Assembly (NCBI GenBank): GCA_012862495.1
Contig: BLSG01000029.1
Span: 73,627-115,532, forward strand
Reading direction: 5' to 3'
DNA: 41,906 nt
DNA from: Thraustochytrium aureum
Taxonomy: Eukaryota
The position numbers and the translations under genes were made by a program. Shown piece after piece: positions 31,101-41,906 of the stretch. Below the pieces are notes generated by a model. That model searched no databases, was not told the origin of the DNA, and was given only the letters and a program-made list of their open reading frames with translations. Numbering within the stretch: the stretch's first letter is position 1; each line of letters begins with the position of its first letter.

Positions 31101-34054
31101 AGCCCAGCGAGCCCCTGTTGAACTGCTCAAAAACGTAGGCGAGGTCAACGTGCTGCTTGACGCCGAGCTGGCGCAAAAAGTTGGCGACAGCGGCGTCCTT
31201 GGGGGCGTTCTTGGAGACGAGATACGTTCCGTCCTCGAGCGCTTCGCACACCACAGCGATCGGCAGCGACGTAAATCCGCCGGTGGCCTCCAAGCCCAGA
31301 TAAGTCTCTTCAGGTTTGGCTAGCTCGTGCGCGCCCGTCGGAACGCACTGGAGGGACGCCATCCCCGAGACCACAAACACGAGCTCTTCGCTGTCAATCT
31401 CGCGGTGCGAAATCGCAAACGCAACAACGCGAAGCGCATTGGAGGCCAGAGCCAGGTCGGCAAGGGCCAACTTGCGCCCGCGGCGCTGCAGCGCGCTGAG
31501 ACAGATGCGCACCCAGTCGATCCAGACGAGGGGCTTGAGCCAGTCTCGGTCGAGGGCCAAAAGTTCGTCGTCGTCAAACTCGGCGGCGATGCGAAGCGGA
31601 AGTACCTTGCTCTGGACGCCCTTTTCGGACCAGAAGAGATCATGGAGGCGCTCCGCCATACCCCTTTCGCTGCTTGCCTCGATCCGCTTGCGCATTGCAG
31701 AGGAAAAGAGCCGCTGGAACGCGGCGAGGGGCCGGGCATTCCAGCGCGCTTCCGCCAGCACGCGCTGGTTTGAGTAGGCCGCCGCAATCTCGTCTGGGGA
31801 CTGGGCGCTGGCGACCGCCTCGGTGGGGTCGAACGGCGTCAGTTGCTCGCAGCGCCCGCACTTGACTTGCACTAGAACTGGCTGCGAGGCCTCAGACCCG
31901 CCGGCACCCGGGTTAAAAGTGGAAGCGAGTCGCCCGAACACGCCTCGCGCAGTGCTGGCGAGCGCTTGCTGCTGCCGCTCTTGCTTCGGCGCGGGACATC
32001 GCGCAGGCTGACGCTCGTGTCTTTGCCGCACCAGACGCAGTGGCACACTACCNNNNNNNNNNNNNNNNNNNNNNNNNNNNNNNNNNNNNNNNNNNNNNNN
32101 NNNNNNNNNNNNNNNNNNNNNNNNNNNNNNNNNNNNNNNNNNNNNNNNNNNNNNNNNNNNNNNNNNNNNNNNNNNNNNNNNNNNNNNNNNNNNNNNNNNN
32201 NNNNNNNNNNNNNNNNNNNNNNNNNNNNNNNNNNNNNNNNNNNNNNNNNNNNNNNNNNNNNNNNNNNNNNNNNNNNNNNNNNNNNNNNCTGGAGGGCCAG
32301 CCGCAGGCCTGTTGGCCAGGTTTGCGCCGGTGGCGGCGGCGGCCTCGTCGCTCGCGCCGGTCCCAAGCAAGGCAGTGAAAAACCCAAGGGCGCTTCGCGC
32401 TTGTTTGGCGAGCTGGTCCCCTACGGATTTAGAAGCGCCGCCTTGCGCCGCCTTGGGATCGACGGGGACCTGCACCACGGATTTAGTTTCTCGCACGAGC
32501 TCGTGAAGCCCTGTTGCGTCTGGGAGGCGCGCCTGGGAGGCGGGGCGCGGCCCGCTACTCGTCCAGACGGTGGGCGCTTCGTTGTGGGCGCTGAAGAAAC
32601 CCGCCGCCACGATCTCGCCGACCTGCTCCACCGGGGTGGTGGGCTTGATCGCGAACGTCCCATACTCGCTTGGACGAGGACGCGAGCGCGCTCAAACGCA
32701 TCTACGGCCGGGTCTGGCGCAGCGTCGCTGCCGTTGGCCCCAGCGCGCGGGTCAGTCGCCGCGGCGCTTTGTTCATTCGGGGGCACGGCCGCTTTGCTGC
32801 GGGAGGCGGCGATTACCGCGCGCGCCGGCGAGCACCGCTCCTCAAACGTCAGCCGCTGCAGCGCCCCGGTGGCCCACAAAAGAGCGCGGTTCCAGGTGGC
32901 CAACGTGACGTCCGAGAAGTCCATCGCATTGCGTTCCATCGTAGGCATAAACGGCGCCTGGCAATGGCACTTTGATCCGGTGGACTGCTGCGTGATGCCC
33001 GAGCCGATGAAGAAGAAGCCGCCGCGCCGAGCGGCTGGCGAAAAGCCTCCAGTTCCGGGGCCGCGGCGGCGGCTGTTCCCGCGACGTCAAACAGGAGCTG
33101 GAGGGTGATGTGGCGCGGGGGGTTCTTCTTCGTGACGCGATGCATCGCGGCTGCAAAATCACCGTCCACCGAGACGGAGAATGCCGACTGAACGCGCAGC
33201 ATCTCCGCGACGACCGGCTCTGCGCGCTCCTCGTCCTTGATAACGTACAGCAGCGGCTCCAGGCTGGCGCCTTGGAAGCGAAACATGCCGCGTGGGTCTA
33301 CGATCGGGGCCGAGCTGGGCCCGGCCGGCGGCAGCAGAGGGACCGGCACGCCCGTCACCTTGCGACCGACAGTGAGCGCGAGCCGGCCGTCGTAGAACAC
33401 CTTGACGGCCTCCAGCGTGGTCGTGAACGTCAGGCAGCGCGCGAGAAACTCGGTCATCTTGCGCGCGGAGGGCAAGGTCGGGAACGGGGGGTCGGCCCGC
33501 ACCGGCAAGTCAAACACGGTCCACCCTTTAGATTTGACGAGGTCAAAGGCGAGGCGCTCCTCGGGGCCGTCCTCCTCGGACGCATCCGGGATGCTGCCGT
33601 GGGTGACGAAGAGGGCGTCCTTCTTCCAGAAGAAAGAGAGCGCCTTGTCTCCGGAGAGGACCGTCGGCTCGTCGCTGATCGAGAATACGCTGTAGAACCC
33701 GACGCCGAAGAAGCCAACCTTGGTTTCGTCTGGGTTGCCGTCCGCGATGCTCTTGATTCTACTCCAGTCCTGGTCGCGGAATACCATGCCGTTGTTGCAG
33801 AGGCGCAGCCCGGTGAACGACAGCTTTCCCTTGCCCGCGCGGGCCCCGCCGTTCGCTGTGGGGTCCCAGTATCCGGTCCCCGTAAACCTGATCTCCATCT
33901 CGGTAGCCTTCGCATCGTTGGCGTTCTGCAAAAGCTCTCTAAACAGCGTCAGCTCCGTCGAGTACCTCGCAAGGATCTTGTCGATGAGCCCTCGCTGGTT
34001 CACCGTGACGGCCTCTTCGAACGCGCCTCCGGCGCGTTCCACGCGTGCCTTCAT
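28079..34054 (-). CDS. Sacsin-like GHKL ATPase / DUF3684-family protein with C-terminal HExxH motif (two gaps; frameshifts at ~33042 and ~32660)
   Basis: EEAVTVNQRGLIDKILARYS, FRELLQNANDA (GHKL N box), NNG..F...DW.RI..IADGNPDETKVGFFGVGFYSVF, FFIG...Q.TG, PTMERNAMDF..WN, then TAAFNYGGGLYFN and WYGVFAHELAHN at the C-terminus. Confidence 0.8.
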
Positions 34055-34121
34055 CTCGCAAGCCAACGAGACCCCACGACCAGCAGCAAAGCTGCGCGAT
34101 GAAAACAAAAGACCGCCGGCG

Positions 34122-34169
34122 GCCGCGCAGGGAGCCGCGCAGGGAGCCGCGCAGGGAGCCGGGCAGAGA
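34122..34169. repeat. 12-bp tandem repeat
   Basis: GCCGCGCAGGGA x3 (34122-34157) plus variant GCCGGGCAGAGA. Confidence 0.85.
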
Positions 34170-35232
34170 GCCGTGCGCCCGCACTGGGGGCCCGCGAGCC
34201 AGCCCTGCGCACGCAGCGCCGCGGTCCGCCTTCGTTCGATACNNNNNNNNNNNNNNNNNNNNNNNNNNNNNNNNNNNNNNNNNNNNNNNNNNNNNNNNNN
34301 NNNNNNNNNNNNNNNNNNNNNNNNNNNNNNNNNNNNNNNNNNNNNNNNNNNNNNNNNNNNNNNNNNNNNNNNNNNNNNNNNNNNNNNNNNNNNNNNNNNN
34401 NNNNNNNNNNNNNNNNNNNNNNNNNNNNNNNNNNNNNNNNNNNNNNNNNNNNNNNNNNNNNNNNNNNNNNNNNNNNNNNNNNNNNNNNNNNNNNNNNNNN
34501 NNNNNNNNNNNNNNNNNNNNNNNNNNNNNNNNNNNNNNNNNNNNNNNNNNNNNNNNNNNNNNNNNNNNNNNNNNNNNNNNNNNNNNNNNNNNNNNNNNNN
34601 NNNNNNNNNNNNNNNNNNNNNNNNNNNNNNNNNNNNNNNNNNNNNNNNNNNNNNNNNNNNNNNNNNNNNNNNNNNNNNNNNNNNNNNNNNNNNNNNNNNN
34701 NNNNNNNNNNNNNNNNNNNNNNNNNNNNNNNNNNNNNNNNNNNNNNNNNNNNNNNNNNNNNNNNNNNNNNNNNNNNNNNNNNNNNNNNNNNNNNNNNNNN
34801 NNNNNNNNNNNNNNNNNNNNNNNNNNNNNNNNNNNNNNNNNNNNNNNNNNNNNNNNNNNNNNNNNNNNNNNNNNNNNNNNNNNNNNNNNNNNNNNNNNNN
34901 NNNNNNNNNNNNNNNNNNNNNNNNNNNNNNNNNNNNNNNNNNNNNNNNNNNNNNNNNNNNNNNNNNNNNNNNNNNNNNNNNNNNNNNNNNNNNNNNNNNN
35001 NNNNNNNNNNNNNNNNNNNNNNNNNNNNNNNNNNNNNNNNNNNNNNNNNNNNNNNNNNNNNNNNNNNNNNNNNNNNNNNNNNNNNNNNNNNNNNNNNNNN
35101 NNNNNNNNNNNNNNNNNNNNNNNNNNNNNNNNNNNNNNNNNNNNNNNNNNNNNNNNNNNNNNNNNNNNNNNNNNNNNNNNNNNNNNNNNNNNNNNNNNNN
35201 NNNNNNNNNNNNNNNNNNNNNNNNNNNNNNNN

Positions 35233-38200
35233 GCTGCCCACGACTGGACGCAAGGCCCGTTTTCCTCCACGGTTTGCGATGTCTGCCAAGTTCCTGGCAA
35301 AGTAAACGAGCGTGCATATTTTGCGGCAGACCCGTTTCGCGCGGAAATCGCGGTCTGCACCGTTGGGGCCCTGCGCGGCGACAAAGTCAACTTTTTCAAT
35401 GCGCACCGTGGCGACTACCTTTACACCCTGCACATCGGCATTGAAGGTGGACCGATACAGTACGACCCCGCGACTGGCATGCTCGCGGTCTTGCTCCCTT
35501 CGGTCGGACAGCTCCGGTTCTACATGCGCCAGCAAGGCCGCACATGGGCCGCTTTCGGCAGCCCGATTCCTGTCGACCCCAGCGTGGCAGAGTGCGTCGA
35601 ATCGATTTGCATCGCGAAGACGGCTCAATTTGGTGACGTGCTTTTCAAGCTTGACGTGAACAAGGCCGCCACGAAGGGCGAACGGCGATTCGTGGGCTGG
35701 AGCGCTGCCTCGGGTCGCTGCAAGCTTCCCGAGGCGTTCCACGTCTTTACGGACGCCTCGACTCTGTGCGGCTCCGAAGCTGTTGTGTTTAGCACGCAAG
35801 CGAGCCAGCTCTTCGTCAAGGAGGACGCAGCCTATCGCGAATTGGTGTACACCAGCAGCCTCAAAGCGCCGAAAATGCGTGCCGTGCCAACGCCCTGTGG
35901 CAAAATTGTCGTTATTACGTGGGACCCGGCCTCCCCGAGCGGCGCGCGCGCGTACCTCGTGGACCCGCGAGCACCGGGCAAGTCCAACACGGACAGGTGC
36001 TTCACGCGATTAACTGGGTTCCCGCCTGTCGCCTCACTCGACTCGATCAGCGTCGGTTTTGGCAGCCGCGTCTTTGCTGTTGTTCAAGGGACCGGGCCTA
36101 CGGGAAACAAGATCAAACGCCTTGTTTGCATTGTTGGCGGGTGGAGCGAGGGCATCGACTCGTTCGAGGCAATCGCAGCCAAAGTGGAATCCCCCCCGCC
36201 TCTCTCGTCCTCCGCGAAGCGGCAAGCGCTGCCGTCAGTCCAAGTCGGTCTTCATAGCGGCTTTCAGGGCCCGCAAAACACGCCCGAGGCGAGCGAGAGC
36301 TCGGACGGATGGGCGAGCCTCGCGCCGGCCCCGGCGCCCCTGTCGGTGCCCCGCCTGGCCCCGCCGTCTGCCGTTTCCACAGCCGGAACCCCTGGAGTGC
36401 CGTGGTGTCCAGCCGTGCCGGTGGAAGCGACGACCTTGCATCTGCCGCCGGAGCGCCGAAAGACCAAGTGCCGAGCGACGACTTTGTGTCAACCGAGGCT
36501 GACGAGGTCGTCTCGCCTGCCTCTCAGGGATCTGGAGCCGCACGAACGGGTCTGATGCTCCTTTCATCCAGCGCAAGGCTTGATGGGCCGCTGCCATCGC
36601 ACAGCAGTGGCAAGAAGAACTCGACCAGTTTCGGGCCCGCGGGCCTCGATATCGCGACGTCGGGATGGAGCAACCTCTACAACCAAAATGCTGCAAACGG
36701 CAAGAACGGCGACTCAATCTTCTCTCCCACTGCAAGCGACGGGCTGTTCGGCGCCTTCACGCCAAACCACGAGCTCTTCTCGTCGGGGCTGTCTTTGGAA
36801 GGCGCGGCTCGAGGAGCCGGATTGGGAACCGCCAAGGGGCTGGCCGCCGAGAAGGGGGGCGATTCGGGGAACATTTTCGGATACGGGTTCAACGACGTCT
36901 ACGGCGACTCTGAGACAATCGACGCCGCGAGTGGTGCGGAAAACGGAGCTCAGATTGATGAAGAGGCCATGTTGGGGTCGGTCCTCCTGGACGACAAAGA
37001 ATCGGAAGCCGCGGGTCCTGGCGCACCACTCGTGACGCAGCGAGGAGCTGTGCTTCCCGGTTTGCAGAAGGCGCCTGGTGGGCCTTTGTCCGCGCCTTTG
37101 TCCATGAATGCTAGCCGCAGCGCTCTCGAGGGCCCGCTCCCTGCGCCTGGGACTGTCCTCGAGTCGCGGGTTCTGGGCGCGGCGCCTGTGAAGCCCGTCC
37201 TCGACGGGCCCCTCCCCGCGCCAGGTCGGAGTTCGGCTAGCGTGACTAGCCAACACCCGGGCCCGCTCCTGGCGCCGACCCCGGCCGATCCCGGTCGCTT
37301 GCTGCCGAGCGTGACAAGCCAACGCCCGGGCTCGCTCCTGGCCCCGACCCCGGGCGATTCCGGTCCCTTGCTGCCGAGCGCCGTCGGCGCGTGGAAAGCG
37401 AATCAGAATGGGGGCGGCCTCTTCCTTTCAACAGGCCCGCATGCGCCCGTTTTGCCGCCAAGGTCGCAAGAGGCGGTCTCGCCGCCGAACGCTCGACTCT
37501 TGGCCCCTGCCCCTGGCCCACTGCCGGCTCCCCCGAAAGGGTTTGTGGACGCAGAACGCAGTGTAGCTGCAGCAGAGCTGGTCGCCCCTGCCGCAAGCGC
37601 GGCGGAAGTTTCCGGGACGGCGCCGCGCCCGGTGCTGCCTCCAAAAGGGACCTCTGCGAAGGAGCACCTCAAAACGCTGGGGCAGGACGACGCCGCCATC
37701 CCCCGACGACGAGGACGGGGACTGCCCGATTTGCTTGGAGTCCATGGAAGATCACACGGTGCTTCTCATGCTGCGCGAGTGTGGCCACTGCTTTCACGCG
37801 AACTGTTTGCAAGCGTGGCTCAAGACGGGAGGGGCCAGCCAGTGCCCGATGTGCAACGGAGATATCTCGATTGGGTCCGCCGTGGTTCCCTCGGAGGCGC
37901 CGAAGGACGGCCGGCTGCCCTCTGAACCTTCGAATGCGCAGTCGGCCAGTCCTGTTTCGGCGCAGACCAGCACTAGCCCGCACCAATGGGGGGGCGGGTG
38001 GGCCAAGCGTGGGGCGTTGGCGTTTCCACGAACAGTGGTGCCGCCAAGGAGGGCAGCGTTGGGTCCCCGAGCTCGCAAGCCGCGCTGCTCGCGAGCGACC
38101 AGTCCGCGGCCCAGGCCCTCGAGAAAGAGTTGCGCAAAAAGGCCGAGGAGGACGAGCAGCGGCTGGCAAGCCAAGCCCGCGCCGAAGCTGTGCAGAGGCG

Positions 38201-40028
38201 GAAGGAGGAGGAGGCCCGCGAAGAGCGCGAGCGGGCCGAAGCGGCTGCCCGCGAGCGCGACGCCAAGCAAGAGGCGAAGCGAAGAGCCGAACAGGCCGAG
38301 CAAGAACGCAAAGCTGCCGAGGAAGAGGCGCGGCGAGCGGCACGCAAAGACCCGGTGAAAACCAAGGCGCGCCGTCTGCGGAAAAAGGGCGATCGCGAGC
38401 TCAAGGCCAAGCAGTGGGCCGAAGCCCTGGGGTCGTTTGAGCAAGCCCGCGACGTGGACCCTACCGACCCTGAGCTGTACCAGCGCTGCGGCGAGACCCT
38501 CTTGCTGCTGAAACGACTGGATGAGGCTGTTGGGCAGTTTGACCAGTGCCTTGCGATTCAGAAGAGCAGCGAGGTCCATTTGGCCAAGGGGAACACGCTG
38601 TTGCAGCTCGGATTGCCGCAAGCGGCCCTGGCCGAGTTTGCGTTCGCTGTTGAACTCCACCCGGATTCGGCCGAGCAGTGCGCGAAAGGCCGCGAGGTCG
38701 CTGAGCATGCCCTTGCGACACTTGCACAAGCAAAGCAGCTCTTGGAAGCCAAAGACTTTGAAGCTGCCGCACAAGCGGCAGAGGAAGGCATGAAGCGGCT
38801 TCCGCGCTTCGCGGATTTCCGCACGGTCCGCGCTTCGGCCCGCGCCGAGTTGACCCGAGCCGAGTTGGACGTGCGCAAAGTCAATCTCAGCGAACAGATT
38901 CGCAACGCGACGCCGCAGCAGCTGAGGAGCGATTTTTCGTTCCTCGCCTGGGCGCTGGTCAAGGACACGCAGCACAAGGACCCAGAAGCGATCCTTTTGT
39001 ACGCGTGCGTGCTGTCGCAAAACGGCGACACCGAAGGTGTCCTCGAGTCGACGATGACAGCGCTCGAGCTCCCGAGCTGCGAAGGAAAGACAAAGGCGGC
39101 GTTGGTGGCGCTTACTGTATTCCACAAGGCGATGCAGCAGGCGCGCGAAGAGCACCCCGATTGCTATGCTCGCGTGAAGCGCGCCATCGCGCTGACCGAG
39201 AAGAAGCCGGACGCCGCGCACCCCGCAGACGAGCGCCGTTTCGTGATTTTCAATCAAGTCGATGCCTGGGTCAAAGGCGTGGCGCGTGTGGCGGGGTGCA
39301 AGGAGGCGCTCGCAGTGGCTGAAAGGCTCTTCGCCCTGGCTGGGGACGACGTCGAGCGCGCGTCCCTTGTCTGCGAGGCCTTGCTTCTGCCCTTCAACAC
39401 CGTGCTAACCAAGCGAGCGCTTGCGAAATTGCAAGAAATCCAGAGGCGCGGCGGAAGCCTTCAGGGCGCGCCGATGTACATCACGCGGCTCATCAATTTT
39501 GGGCTGTACCAGGCCAACGTGCTCGAAAGGGCTGGGATGAGCGAGCGCAAAGTGCACACCGACGCTGACGTCCAGCATCTCCACTCGTGGCTTGGGCTGT
39601 CGAGACTAGGGGCGAAGACCCCGGACAGCGTCCGGCGAGCATTCGAACAAGCCATGCAATTCCGACTCGTCGGGTCCAGGGCGCAGTTTGAGAGCTTGGA
39701 GGAGCGCATTCGAGCGATGGGATTCAGCGCGTTTCGCGCGTACATTGTCCTGTACTCTCAGCCTTTCGCAAACCAGTACTGGGCGGGGGCTCTGACAAGT
39801 ACCTATCTCGACCGGCTTGTCGACCTGGTTCGTGCCACGCTGACTCACCACGTGTCGGACGCCATGGTCCTTCGCGACAAGAACATGTTGATGGAGATGG
39901 CGAATGTCGAGGGAGAGGTGCCTGTCTTTGCGGAAAACCCTTGGGATATCCGTGCGGAAACCTTTGGCGTGCTGAAAGTCGTTGTCGACATGGTCATCAG
40001 CGAAGCGGAGGCGTCGAACCTCGATTGA
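35233..40028 (+). CDS. Large RING-H2 / coiled-coil / TPR protein, probable E3 ubiquitin ligase (5' end in gap; frameshifts at ~36390, ~37702, ~37992)
   Basis: Beta-rich N-terminal region; long Pro/Ser/Gly-rich linker; CPIC...CGHCFHANC...W...CPMC (RING-H2, ~37723-37855); E/R/A/K-rich coiled coil; TPR-like helices (KKGDREL...WAEALGSFEQA..VDP, LYQRCGETLLLLKRLDEAV, HLAKGNTLLQLG...AL..F..A..LHP). Confidence 0.7.
37239..37379 (+). repeat. 69-bp coding tandem duplication (23 aa)
   Basis: SVTSQHPGPLLAPTPADPGRLLP / SVTSQRPGSLLAPTPGDSGPLLP, starting at 37239 and 37308. Confidence 0.85.
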
Positions 40029-40413
40029 GCGGAGCGAGCGCGCGCGGGGGGCGCTGGTCATCAAGTCCAGCCAGGCTTCATTGAGAGCAAAGCTGTTGCT
40101 CGAGTTGAGGCACGCGAGAGTTGCGCGGTTGCGCTTTTTCAAAAGGACGCTTCGTGTTTTGTCATTCGTGCCGCCATGCTCGGGTCCCGCGGCTCTGTGC
40201 TTTCGACCAAATCAATTGATTTTTTTCCCCCGCCGATTTCCTCTAGCAAGCATGAAAGGATGGATGCATGCATGCATATGCATGCACAGGACGCGAGCCC
40301 GTTGAAGAGCCCGCCGAGATCGGCTGGAATAAATAGTTAAGTTAGAAGGGGCTGTACAATTGAATTGCAGCGGCCTGGGCTCGCTTGCAAAGGCGGCTGT
40401 GCGTTGCAGCGCT

Positions 40414-41906
40414 TCACTGCACGGAAGCGAGCAGCTCTGGGCGGACGGGGCCCACGAAAGCTGTCGCCGCTGCGCCAGATCCCAACGCCTTGCGGAACAG
40501 GTCAGCGTTCTGCTGAACAACCCACCCAGCCAAGTTGGCGAGTAGGTTCGACTGCTGCGCGGTGTAGTGGAGCTGAGAGGTCGGAAAGTGCGGAAAGTTG
40601 GCAAAGGGCCCGTGGGTCGCCAGCGATGCGGGGTTGTTGGCGTTCTTGGACGGCTCCACATAGCGGCGCACCTTGGTCGGCAGCTCCTTCTCCCAGGCAG
40701 AGCACCGCCCAAGGTACACCCAAGTCACCGCGACCTCGTGGTTGGCAGGAATGCCCCAGTAAGTGTTTTCTACCGTGCGCAGCACTTGGCGCACCACGAT
40801 GCCCTTCCCCGCGGCCTGGGCTTTCTGCATCTGGTCCACAACAATGGGGAACTGGTATCTCGGGAACACTTGGTTGTGGACGAGGTTCTCCACCACGGTC
40901 GCCGCCTCGTGGTCGATCCCGAAAAAGCACGAGAACGCAGGGTCGATGTCGCGCACGCGCGGGGCGCGCGCGAACGGGTTGAAAACCGAGCGCGGCTGCA
41001 GAGGGACCGGCGAGTGCACAAAGACGACCACCTCCTTGAGGCGGCGGCGCAGGATGCTCAAAAACCCGTTGTTCTCCAGCGAGGCGCCGTCTGCGAGGTA
41101 GACGGGCATGGAGAAGACCGGGTCCTGGCGGCGGCGCGTGACAGGGGACCAGTACTCGGCCTCCAGGCCCATGGCGTGGTCTAGCGCCTTGAGCAGCGGC
41201 GAACCGGACAAGATGGAGCCTGGCGCAAACGAGGAGGCCGCCGTGGCGTTCGCCAGCGTGAACTGCGCCGAGGGCATCGGCACATTGTGCAGCACGGCGG
41301 TGAAGTTGTCGGGGCCGAGACCGAAGAAGGGCGCGTGGAGCTCCGACTCGTTTCCGGAGGCGTTTATGGCGCGCACGACGCCGCCAAACGCAAAGGTTTC
41401 GACAAAGCCGCCGACCGTCATGTTGATCAGACGGACTGCGCTGCCCCTGCCGGCGCCGCCGGTCGTGTAGTGCAGCTCGTGGTGCTGCGGCGAGCCCACG
41501 TAGAGCGCGTTGAACTCGATTGGCACGTAGTTGTCGTCCAGCAGACTAAAGGGAGACGCCAGCTTGGGACCCAGGACGGCGGCGTTCAGGACGCTAAACG
41601 GCTTGTGGTCGCACCGCGGCGCGCCCTCGCAGCGAAAAGCAAACGGCTGGTCTGCAAGCCTTGGGTTGCGCTTGAGCGCCTCCTTGAGCGTCGCCGGGGA
41701 CCACGAGACCTGGTCCTGCGGGCCGATTCCAGCAGGCTTGAGGAAAACCTCTGCCACGGTGCTCGAGTAGATGTCGACGGGGTCCATCCTCTCCACGAAG
41801 AGCTTCCAGAGGATGACTTGCAAGAAGTCCTTGTTCACTGGAGAAGCGCGCGCGCTCCGTTTGTCGAGCACGCCGAGCGCGCGCCAGGTCAGCTCACTGG
41901 GCGGCA
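40414..41906 (-). CDS. Patatin/cPLA2-like lysophospholipase-superfamily protein, 3' part (continues beyond window)
   Basis: Open frame to the window edge; YLADGASLENNGFLSILRRRLKEVVVF resembles the catalytic-Asp DG(G/A) segment of FabD/lysophospholipase-like enzymes. The GxSxG motif is not inside the window. Confidence 0.55.
   Translation of the reverse strand, partial: PPSELTWRALGVLDKRSARASPVNKDFLQVILWKLFVERMDPVDIYSSTVAEVFLKPAGIGPQDQVSWSPATLKEALKRNPRLADQPFAFRCEGAPRCDHKPFSVLNAAVLGPKLASPFSLLDDNYVPIEFNALYVGSPQHHELHYTTGGAGRGSAVRLINMTVGGFVETFAFGGVVRAINASGNESELHAPFFGLGPDNFTAVLHNVPMPSAQFTLANATAASSFAPGSILSGSPLLKALDHAMGLEAEYWSPVTRRRQDPVFSMPVYLADGASLENNGFLSILRRRLKEVVVFVHSPVPLQPRSVFNPFARAPRVRDIDPAFSCFFGIDHEAATVVENLVHNQVFPRYQFPIVVDQMQKAQAAGKGIVVRQVLRTVENTYWGIPANHEVAVTWVYLGRCSAWEKELPTKVRRYVEPSKNANNPASLATHGPFANFPHFPTSQLHYTAQQSNLLANLAGWVVQQNADLFRKALGSGAAATAFVGPVRPELLASVQ

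Noticed and set aside
2129..35232. ORF-track entries running through N gaps that suggest fusions (e.g. lipase-RTF2, ATP23-aspartic protease)
   Set aside because: Continuity is an artefact of translating Ns; the flanks belong to different genes.
39135..39165. HPD tripeptide in the TPR protein as a functional J-domain
   Set aside because: HPD (REEHPDC) precedes rather than follows the J-like helices, so a canonical J-domain cannot be supported.

Overview
GC-rich, gene-dense, intron-poor eukaryotic scaffold with many N gaps. Arp3, ATP23, RTF2, a spliceosomal intron and an axonemal-dynein-light-chain-domain protein point to a flagellated protist; a heterotrophic stramenopile such as a thraustochytrid is a guess, not a determination. 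Host genes: an RDH-type SDR, RTF2 (3' part), a monoglyceride lipase-like hydrolase, an orphan ORF, a cytochrome P450, a pepsin-like aspartic protease, ATP23, ARP3, a large dynein-light-chain/IQ-like protein, a 3-hydroxyisobutyrate dehydrogenase-family enzyme with a hydrophobic N-terminal extension, a sacsin-like GHKL/DUF3684/HExxH protein, a large RING-H2/TPR protein and a partial lysophospholipase-like gene. About 13 apparent frameshifts nearly all sit in short homopolymers and are most likely sequencing errors. The standout is a ~4.8 kb DNA transposon (~9401-14226) with AT-rich, repeat-structured ends. Its single ~1,340 aa protein is a piggyBac-type DDD transposase with a complete YqaJ/lambda-exonuclease domain inserted between the second and third catalytic aspartates. 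That insert is itself split by a SAP-like helical module, and a piggyBac-type Cys-rich domain follows at the C-terminus. All family calls come from motif recognition by eye; no searches were run.
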